Assembly: GCA_018398765.1 (NCBI GenBank)
Contig: JAHBMJ010000233.1
Span: 1-52,765, forward strand
From: Chromera velia
Lineage: Eukaryota
Direction: 5' to 3'
Length of the DNA stretch: 52,765 nt
Shown here piece after piece: positions 36,890-46,903 of the stretch; the stretch's first letter is position 1; every line of letters starts with the position of its first letter. The translations under genes and the position numbers were made by a program. Below the pieces are notes generated by a model. The model saw only the letters and a list, made by a program, of their open reading frames with translations. It was not told the origin of the DNA and did no database searches.

Positions 36890-37528
36890 CTCTGCGTTCT
36901 TCCCATTAAATTTTCTTTCTGCAGGCTGCCTATCGGATTCAGTCACAGCCTCCCTGCCCATAGACATAGTATCCCGTAGTACCTTCCTGAAGCCCTCTAA
37001 CCCTTGAGGCCGAGCCCATCTCAGATCCGCTCACCAGTCCGGGGTCGGTTTCGAGGTCAGCCTTGTCTGCGTGAAAGAACATGAGAGTGTTGTCCTCTTC
37101 GAAGGCCATACAGCTAGACCTTTTTCCAATCGAAGGCGAAGTAAGCACTCATGAGAGACATCTGCATCCATCATATTCTCACACAGCAGATAGCAGCCGG
37201 GAGAGAGATGATATTCATTGTCTTGTCAACTGTCCTAAAAAGATCGACACATAAAAAAAAAAAAAAACGAAAAAAATAGTGAATGAAGGAACGGTAAAAA
37301 GTAGATGAAAGTATAGATTGAAGACATGAAAGAAGAAACAGAGAATCTAAGATCATGCAAACTCTGAACTCATTTAATTGCCAAGCTTTTCTACGTAATT
37401 AACCTCCCCCCCTTCTACTTTCTTCCCTCTTTCTTGCTTTCTTTTCTTCAATTCTTCTTTTTTCACTCAATGACATCATACTTTCCTTCCTTTTCTGCCT
37501 TTGAACTTCTCTCCCTTCTGACATTTTT

Positions 37529-37564
<36 letters not shown>

Positions 37565-39616
37565 TCAGTTTTTCTTTCTTTTTTTGTTCTTTTGTTTATT
37601 TTTGTCATATATGTCTATCAGTTTCTCTGTCTTTTTTTTTTTTCTTCCTTTCAGTCTTTCTTTCTTTCTTTCTTTCTTTCTTTTTTTCCTTCCTTCCTTA
37701 CTTCCTTCTTCCCTTCCTTCTTCCCTTCCCTCTTCCCTTCCCTTCCCTTCGCTTCCTCCCTCCCTCCCTCCCTTCCTTCCTTCCTTCTTTCTTTCTTTCT
37801 TTCTTTCTTTCTTTTTTTCCTTCTTTTGTCATTTCTTCCTTCCTTTCTTTCTTTCTTTTTTCCTTCTTTCCGTCCTTTCTTTCTTTGTTTCTTTCGTTTG
37901 TTCGTTCGTTCGTTCCTTCTTTCCTTCCTTCCTTCCTTCTTTCTTTCTTTCTTTCTTTCTTTCTTTCAATATTTTTTCTTTCTTTCTTTCTTTCCTTACT
38001 TTATTCCTTGAAAAGTTCCTCCCTTCCTTCCTTTTTTCTTTCTTTCTTTCTTTTTTTCTTTCTTTCTTTCTTCCTTTCTTTCAGTTTTTTTTTCTTTCTT
38101 TTCTTTCTTTCTTTCTTTCTTTTTTTCTTTTCTTTCTTTCTTTCTTTCTTTCTTTTTTTCTTTCCTTTCTTTCTTTCTTTTTTTCTTTCTTTCAGTTTTT
38201 TTCTTTCTTCTTTTTTTTCTGTCTATCATTTCTGTTTGTTGATCTCTCTGTCTTTTTTCCTTCCTTCTGGAACTGACCAGCGCGGCTTTGTCAAGTGGAC
38301 AGGATCCCTGAAAGTTCACATAGGCTAGCGCATAGGTCACCTTCTTATCGAGAATGTCTTCACTTATCTAGTCTTCCTCCTTTGAGAAGTACACAGAACG
38401 TACGAATTTCTTGTTACGGACTTTCCTTTTTGACATCGTCACCTTGTAGAAGCGCTCCAGTTTCTGCACTTCAAACTTAGGCTTTGAGAGGTTCTCCATC
38501 TCAAGGACCTTCGTCTTTTTCTGAAGAAACTCTGCATAGTCCTCCCTCCCCATGTTGCCTGCCTGCAAGAAAAATTTACGTAAGATTCAGTCACACCCTC
38601 CCTGCCCGTAATACCCTCTTGAAGCCGGGATAGAGGACAGCTAGAGGAGACCTGTGATGATACCATAATCTGTGTGCATGGAGCGATTCTGCAATCTTCA
38701 CTTCGAAGAGGCGAATCCTTCATGCTAGAGAAGTATCGTCACGAAAGAATTAAGTTAGCTGGTTCATTCAGGTTTTCCCCACGGGACATGTACCCATCTG
38801 AGGCACTCCCAAGAGCCACAGGCATGAGCTGCTTTGGGGAGCGTCAAGCTCCAACGATCCAGGGGAAACACATTGGGGGGTTTAGAAACGATGTACGTAG
38901 TGCAGCACCCCCACCTTGTTCCCCCTGATTGCAGCCTTGACAACTCATTGATCAATACAATACTTCACCTCCCTCTCCGCTGACCGCATCCACCGCAGCG
39001 TATCACTGCTGTCTTTGAAAGCAGCAGGTTACACGTTGTAGAGCCAGCGGCAGGCCCGGACCAGCAGGGTAACAAAACGGGCGAAGAACGAGGGGGGGGC
39101 GGTCACTTCCGAGGAGGGTACGGGGGAGGTCGTGGTGCTGGCGGGATTGGAGGTAGTCGAAGGGGGGACAGCGTTTCTGGCCTCCGGACCGAAGGACGAG
39201 AAGGGCGAAAGGGTGGCGGAGGAGGTGAAGGCGTTGGCGAAGGAGCGTATGGTGCCCTACGAGCAGATAGGGAGGGAAAGGGGAGGGCGATCAGTATGAC
39301 ACCTTATCGCCTGTCTATCTTTTTCTCTCTGCTCTGACAAGGATTCACTCTATGGCTAACCTCACAGATGGGTCGAGGGGGACCCTTGTGGAGGACGGTG
39401 GTAGGGGTGTAAGTCTTTACACTCTAATTGAAGGGGGAATAGAGGTTCAACTCCCATGAAACTCTTAAGCTCGTCTGGGGAAGGGATCTCTGTCAATCCG
39501 TGTTTGTTCCTCATCATCAAAAGGGACAAGACGGTGCTATTTCTCCCTTCAGGAGCTTTGATTTTAGAGGTGCAGTTCTCCTTTAGTTCTTTGTTCAAGG
39601 CTGAGAGGAGTCCCAA
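36890..39616 (-). pseudogene. Decayed multi-exon gene of unknown family
   Basis: Exon-like 38562-38278 (acceptor ttcttgcag, donor gtcagt) reads AGNMGREDYAEFLQKKTKVLEMENLSKPKFEVQKLERFYK...SKEED*ISEDILDKKVTYALAYVNFQGSCPLDKAAL with one in-frame TAG. It joins in phase to 37161-37035 (MSLMSAYFAFDWKKV*, then frameshifted CMAFEEDNTLMFFHAD). Further fragments at 39616-39366 and 39256-39029. No clean start codon. Confidence 0.45.
37400..38270. repeat. ~870-bp polypyrimidine/polypurine low-complexity tract (CTTT)n/(CCTT)n
   Basis: Almost exclusively C/T on the + strand, with recurring TTTCTTTCAGTTTTT units. Confidence 0.95.
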
Positions 39617-39649
39617 GTGATTCGGAGTAAATGGAAGTCAAACAACACT

Positions 39650-40120
39650 AGCTGACTGCATGTTGCACACGTGTTGCACGTAAAAAGCGGCTTGCAATAT
39701 GTTTGTAATAATTAAACTTGCACGCCGTGTGGGGTCCGTCCGCAGGCCCGCGGTCCGGCCCGCGGGGCCCGCGCAGCGTACGCGCCACGCTCATCTGACG
39801 CAAGCAAGCTTGCGAACGGCCCCGGAAAGCAAGAAAAATGAGAACTGCACGATTGATGTACGCCGGCCAGTCTCGCGCCGACCCTCCCCCCCCGGCGGGA
39901 AAAAAACATGCGCGGAACCCCCCCTCCCCCAGGAAAAAAGCCCGGGGTGGAGATCTGAAACCCATCTGACGCACGCATGGCCCAAATTCAGCCTTTCGGG
40001 GCCGGGTTTTTGGCGAAAGACACTGCGTGCACGCGTGGGCTGGGGTATTTCTGTTTTGTAAGTGCCCCCCGCTTCGCTTTCCGGGGCCATGCATCACGCG
40101 GTAGACCGGCCGTTTCCGGC
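39650..40120. promoter_or_regulatory. GC-rich putative bidirectional promoter (decayed gene on -, copine-like gene on +)
   Basis: GGCCC boxes, two CATCTGACGCA copies (39792, 39963), and GCTTTCCGGGGCC in both orientations (39818-39830 on -, 40076-40088 on +). Confidence 0.5.
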
Positions 40121-40291
40121 CATCTTTTGACGATTCTCGTCTCTCTTCAAGAGTCTCATGCTTCATCTCTTCGACGTCGGACTTTTCGGTTTGGTATCTT
40201 TAAAAAAATTGGCCTCTTCCCCGACATGCTGGGACATGTTCGCCATGCAACCGAAAGTCCTTCTGGCCGAATCACTTGAGTTGCAGCTTGC

Positions 40292-42944
40292 ATGATCAAG
40301 CAGCAGAAAATCCCACCCGAGAGTGAGCGACGCACATCTCCTGCTGGGTCAGAAAAGGACTTCATCTAGCCTGAACGGAGAGTATCCCAGGGGTACTGAA
40401 ACGGTACTTGTGACTTTCTGGGACCGAGCAGAATCTACAAAAAACGAACATGGAACGAAGTGTGACCGGCACTGCTGCACCACCGCCCGTGACAATGCGC
40501 CCTTATCTGTTGCTTCCTCCCCCGGGAAATGCACCCCTTCAGTCTACGCAGACCTCCTCTGTGTTTCGACTGGCCGCTCCAATGTATTCACTGACGGGCA
40601 CAGTCGAGACCCTACCCCCAGTGACCCGTCAAGTCACGACTCACGGTAAGTTGCTTTTTTTCTTCCTTGCCTACATATCTTTCTGCAAGAGCAACAGAGG
40701 GTCCCCACCGGGTATCCACACTCTCCCTTTGTGCATCGATTCCGTAAAGAGGGGCCCAGCTCTTCCCTCGGACAGTCTCTTCCACCCCCCCAACCCATCT
40801 CTACGCTTTCACACATGGTCCTCGACAGGTGCTCTTTTGTCTTCGGTCTATTTCTTTCTTCCTCTCCCCTTCCACCCGCCTCTCCACACATGAGAACCAG
40901 ACTCAAAGCCTGCCAGGATCTGCTTCAGCAGAAGAACAGCAGGAAGTGTGGGCAGAAAGAAAAAGGGCAGACACTCGCTTCCGGTTCCTCACCTGCGCTG
41001 TTCGTTCGGGAGAAAGGGAACTCATCTCAATTGCCAGACAGACAGAGATTCGCCGTCTCCTCAGTCCACCTGTTCCGTTTGATTCCCTTCCTCCCTCCCT
41101 TTGCTCCCTCCCCCCCTCCAATCTCTTACACGGATTCCTGACAGGCTCCATGGATAAGCATGCACGTATGGTATGTTCCTCCGACCGCTTGCAGACACGC
41201 CCCCCCTTTCTGACGAGGCCGCCGAGGAGTTGCGGGGACTTCTGCAGAGCAGCAGAGGAGCGTTACTCAGTCAGTCCTCGCGTCAGACTGAATGGAGAGG
41301 TAGACAGACAGACAGGCACACGGACAAACGGACGGACAAACACACAGAGTGATTGGGACAGACAGATAGACACACAGGTTCTCGATCCGCTTTCTGTCAG
41401 TAGATCCACTCGCACTGATTCTCGGACAGGAGAAAAACGCAAACGACCGGAAAGAGGAAGAGAGACGAGGACGTATCCATTTTGTCTGTGCCTCTTTGCC
41501 TGCCTCCTTATGCTTTTTTGTTCTGAGCGTGTGTGTCAGTGTGCGCATTTGTGTGTGTCTCTTCGGACGAGACGCAAGGTCTTCTTTTGAGGGTCAGAGA
41601 GAGACATCTGAGGGCCAGGAAATCCTTCGTTTTTTTTCATGATAGACGCCTGCTTGACCAATTAGTCCTGCTCCCTCTTTTTCTTTCTGTCCCTTTCTTT
41701 GCAGGGAGTGGGCGTCTCCTGGCTCTGGCTGCAGAGACTTTGAAGACAGAAGCCCTGGCGTTCTCTGCTTTCTTCTCCAAACACAATCTTCCGATAGAAG
41801 CATCAGCTGTAAGTCCTTTCTGTTGATCCTTTCAGCCTTTCTTGTTTGTGACAGTCCTCGCATGAGTGACTCCATAGACGCTCTGTTCGATCCAGCGGCC
41901 TACTGATGCAGAGATGGATCTTCTTTCCCCCTTTTCTCACTGAGCCGCCGGTGTGTGAATTGTTTTTTCCCGATGTGTTTCTCTCCGTTCAGGTCGCCAG
42001 TCGGATGGAGTCGTTGCAGAATGTGATTGATGCCAACAAGGTAGGTCAGACAGCTCCTGAGGGAGGGGCGAGGGGGAATTTGCGGAGGTCGAGTCAGCAC
42101 TCTGCCTGCATGCCCTCGCTGGGGAACGAAAATTTTTTCTTTCGCTTCGGTCTCTTCTTCTGTTTTTTGTTATCGTGTGGTCTTCTTTCTTCATCTTTCT
42201 TTGAGAGCACTGGCCTCCTGATCCCGGAGAGAATGCTTAGCGTGTCAAAAAGGGGGCTGGCTGAGATCTTCTGTTGGTCCCGTCCCGCTCCCAGATGACA
42301 GAGATGACTGATGCATGTCACCCCCCTCCCCTCATGATTGCGGGCAGGCCCAAGAGAAGACCCCCTCATTTATTTCTCTGCCATCCATTCCTCGATCCAT
42401 CATTGTGCCTGCAGCCGGCTCCCGTGGAGGCCCTCTTGAAAGCGGGGGTGAAGATTGACCTGATTTTTGCTGTCAGCTTCACAGGTGGGTTGCGCGTCTG
42501 GCAGTCGTCCTGGTGGTTTTTTATGTCGGTCGCTCTCGATTACGAAAAGAAAAGGAATCATACATCGTATTTTTTCGACCCTATAGATCTTGCATCGGAG
42601 CGCAAGAAAAATTGGCTACATATGGCGTGTCTCTAGTTGTGTGTCGTTGTGTGTCATTCCTGCTCTCACATACGCTCAGCATCCTTCACAAGGCAGAAGA
42701 CCTCGACAGTTCGCTGGAGTTGCCTCCTTCCCCCTTGCCTGTTGTGAGGAGATCACCCTTTATGTCTACTCCACGTCTGATGCTTTTGTCTCCCAGTAAA
42801 GAAGAGGGAGGGAGAGAGATGGAAAAGGGTGCTGTTCTTTCTGTGTGTCTGTGCAGCCTCGAACGGAAAACCAACACATCCCAAAACTCTTCACTTTACG
42901 GGCGAGGGACCGACAGTGTGAGTAAACAGCCGTTTCGTCTGGAT

Positions 42945-42982
<38 letters not shown>

Positions 42983-42993
42983 TCTGAGTGTGT

Positions 42994-43025
<32 letters not shown>

Positions 43026-43538
43026 ACCTGACATCACTCTGTCAGTCAGTTTGTCTGTCTGTTTGTTTGCCTTCTTTGGTCTCTGCTTGTCCGGTCCATG
43101 TCTGTGGGGGGCTTCGGAAAGAGAAGGAGTGCAAGCGTGAACGGGTCTTGAGAACAGTGAGAGGGGGCACCTGGCTGTGTGTCAAGGAACGATTACGGGA
43201 AGGACAAGGAGAGGACATCGGACCGAAATCGCGCAGAAGTGGGGGTAGAGAGAAAAATGGGGGTAGACATCTGGTCGATCCTCCTTTTCTCTTCTTCTTC
43301 ATCGTTGCATGAATGTATGTATGTATGTATGTGGGTGTGTGGGGTTTCCTTTCTTGCATAGCGCTTTCTTCATTTCCTTCCTTCTCTCCTCTCCTCCCCT
43401 CCCCTCGCTTGTGCAGGTACGAGGAAGTGATCTCAACCGTTCACGGAACGTTCTCCAAAAGCAACTCAGGTCAGGTGCTCCTTCCTGAAGTGGGCGAGAG
43501 AGCCAGAGAGAGGAATTGGGGCACCAGGGCGTGTTCCG

Positions 43539-43570
<32 letters not shown>

Positions 43571-46500
43571 TTCTTTCTTTCTTTCTTTCTTTCTTTTCTT
43601 TCTTTCTTTCTTTCTTTCTTTCTTTTTGAATCTCTCTCGTTCGGCAGACAGCGAGTGGATGTCATACGGCAGCAAGGCAAAGGTACAATTAAAGAGAGAA
43701 AGAAGTAAAGGAAAGGCAGGCTTCCTGAGGCGAGGGCGGGCGAGGGGCTGCGGTAAGACGGGAATACTGGTTCTGGACTTTCTCTCTCTTTTTTTTTATT
43801 TTGCTCGTGTTCTCTCTCCCTGTTGATTGTAGTCGGGCGACTGGAAGCGTCGGGATTTGGAGCGGAGGTGCCGACTGAAACTCTGCACGGTCTGTCCGTT
43901 TCTATCTCTCTGTATCTGTATGTCTATATCTTTCTGTCCATCTATCCATCTCTGTCTCTGACTGACGAGATGTGCCCATCTCTGTTTCTTTTTTCTTTCC
44001 GCTGCCAATCGTGCAGTCTCTCTGTCTGTTCGCTTTTCCTTTCAAAGTCCGCGGCTCTGACCGAAGCTTCTTGAGAGAATAAACCGAGAGAGACGGGGCG
44101 GCCGAAATCTCATGCAACCTTCCTTCCCGTCTCGTTTCTTCGTCAGGACGAGAAAAGTCTCCACAGAGTCATCGCGAGGCATTCATGTTCATGTTTGTTG
44201 TGGATGGCTAGCACGCCCTTCACTCTTTGCCTGCCCTCGTCTGTACATATTTGTGTGAGCACCTACCTTTCTGCAGCCTCACGCCGGCTGTCTGCCGAGA
44301 ATCCGTTCAACCCCCCAGCAGGAGTCGAAAGTCCCGAGGGGCATGGGGGGAGGGCGTCCCCTTTGTTGAAGGCGCCCACAACGGGGGGAATGGGGGCAGA
44401 GGAGGGGGTCCAGGTGGGGAGCCACAACTCGGTCCTGATCCACGACACTCTACAGAGCCCCAGTGACTCCCCTGCAGGGATTCGTGTGCCTGGAGGGGCG
44501 GCAGGGGAAAAGGGACACTCGGCCCCCCCGAGTCCGAGTGTGGTTCAGGTCTCCCCGCATGATCTGTTCCGGTCAGATAACTTCCCCCTGAGTCTGGAAG
44601 AGGGACAGTGGGCGATCCCAGATCTACCTCAACTCCTCCAGGTCAGTCAGCCGCTTGCTTCTTTCCCCCCCCCTTCTGGTTTGATGTTTTCCTTCAATCA
44701 GCCGGAGTTCAGTCGGGCTCTGTAAAAAAGAAGAGGAAGGAAGGAAAAGGTGAGAGGGCGGAATCGTCTCTCCATTCTTTTTTCTTTTTGCCCCTGGAGA
44801 TGTTTTTATTGGCACTTTTCGGCGAGGCTGTCTCAGAAGCATTTTGGAAAACGAGCGTTTCTGTCACTTGCTATGAGAAAACGGCCTTGCAAGGCATTCT
44901 TTTCTTACAAGAATATCTGCTGCCTCTCTGCTTTCACTTGTGCCTACGTGGTTTTGCCGCCTGCCTCTTACCTTTCTGTCTCTCCGTCTCCTCACCCGTC
45001 TGTCGGGATGTGGCGCTTTCTGGTTCCCTTGGTCGCTGGTCGAGCACCATCTCTCTCTCTCTGTCTGTACCGCCTTTCGACTTCCCGGAGTGTCCACCGT
45101 TTCCGGGATGCTTGCACGACGGTTTATGTTTCTCCTCGCGCTTTGCTTTGCCTGCAGGCGTACAGGAATGTTCTTGAGAGAGTGCGCCTCTCTGGACCCT
45201 CTAAGCTCGCCACTCTTCTCTCGACAGTCAAACTCCGACACACCCGTCTCTCAGCCAGAAAGGCTTCCCTTGCAAGTCAGACGGGGACCTCGCCATTAGG
45301 TCGGTCAGGGCTCACCTCTCGGCTTCCACCCTCTACGACGAGCCATGCCGATCCAGAGAATTCGTTTCTGTTCGAAACTTCGTACAAGCTCGTAGTGATC
45401 CTGTTGGACAAAGAGATGGGGGACCCGAGAGAGACGGCAGACGTCCTCCGGTCCCTCGCTTCATCCCAGCAGGCGATGAGCATCCTCTTTGTGGGTGTGG
45501 GCACTCGGAGTGACTTCCGATTTGCAGACTTGAAGAAGGCGCTCTCTGCCCAGAAGGACAGTCCCATCAGGGGGGGGTCCAGTGCCCTGCCCCCCTCCCT
45601 TCTGTCCTCTGCTTTGAGAGAAGTGGTCTCATTTGCGCATGTCCCATCAGCAGCAGAGGCAAAGGCCGCGGTGACTGCCGCCCTCAAGGGAGAGGTGGAG
45701 AGGCAGATTTCGGAGTATTTCGATCAGAGGGGTGCCTCTCCCAGCCGTATTGCTGTAGCCCTTCAACAGACTGCCTTAAACAGCCGACAGAAACAGACCC
45801 AATCCTCCTCACTTGCACCAGCCTCTGCCGACCCTCTTGGCACCAGATACAGCATGACAGTACCGCGCTTCGTCCATGCCTCCCGCCCCATCCTGCCGCC
45901 CCAGCGAATCATCACCGCAAGCGCCGCCGTTCCCGTACCGCCTCCCCTTCCTCCCCACCCGGCAACTCTGATGTCAAGTCCTCGAGAACCTCCTCCTCCT
46001 CCTTCCCCTCAGGGGAACGTCAAGGGAGGGGAGGAGAAGGAGGAGATCCCCTCCATCACGCCAGTGCAGAGAATGCCCATGCAGGTCCCTCCCCCATTGC
46101 CCCCCGTGCTCCTCCCTCCCCTTGTCCCCGTTCCCCCCGTTCCAGTGGCAGCATCTTGCCAGAACTTGCCCCCGCAGACTGTGGACCCAGAGACACAGCC
46201 GCAGTCCTTCGTCACCGCCGTCCCTCAGCAACAAGTGCAGGTCCTGCCGGCCACTGCCAGGCGTGTCAGCGTCCGACCGGGCACTTGGCAAGTCCCCATG
46301 CAGGTTCAGGTAAGCAACCAGACAGTTGGAGAAATCTTCACGGCCTTTGTAATATGTGGGAACGGGAAAGAGAGGGAAAAGGCCAGAAGATTCGATCCGT
46401 CAAAAACCGGAGAAAAAAAGTTTCCGAAGCAAGCAATATGACGTACAGACATGCAATGTGACACACGTTTGCGCAGAGATTACGAGTATACTCGAATGGT

Positions 46501-46705
46501 AATCATTAACTGATTGATTGACTAATTGATTGATACTATCGAAACACCCCACAGAAACACGCCATGATGAAGAATGAAAGAACCGAAACATCGGAGAAGG
46601 GAGGGACAATATCCAGGAGAATGAATACGAAAGAAGGGAATCAAAACGCACCGGTGCGCACAGTTGGTCGGGTTTTCTGTTTGTCAAATTCCTCCGCCCA
46701 TCCGG

Positions 46706-46762
<57 letters not shown>

Positions 46763-46903
46763 CGTGCCACCGGCCCTTCCGCCTCGCTGATCGTCTCATC
46801 CTACACTTTGCCTGCTTGCTTACAGGTTGGCGGTCCGCCCGCTACGTATCGAGGTCCCTCCGCTCCCCCTCCGCCCCCTTTCTTCCAAGGGATACGCCGA
46901 TAA
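40292..46903 (+). CDS. Copine-type vWA domain protein without recognisable C2 domains, with Pro-rich C-terminal tail
   Basis: Exons encode VEALLKAGVKIDLIFAVSFT, RYEEVISTVHGTF, AYRNVLERVRLSGPSKLATLL, YKLVVILLDKEMGDPRETADVL..MSILFVGVG, REVVSFAHV and ALKGEVERQISEYF, in the same order as the copine A-domain motifs. The 5' chain from MIKQQKIPPE (40292) is phase-consistent but less certain. Last exon VGGPPATY...GIRR* ends at 46903. Confidence 0.75.

Noticed and set aside
37434..38328. Long Phe/Leu/Ser-rich ORFs resembling membrane proteins
   Set aside because: Stop-free by composition of the (CTTT)n tract; no coding signal.
39650..40120. GC-rich block as an intact MITE or structured RNA gene
   Set aside because: No terminal inverted repeats, target-site duplication, tRNA cloverleaf or rRNA/snRNA motif could be identified by eye.
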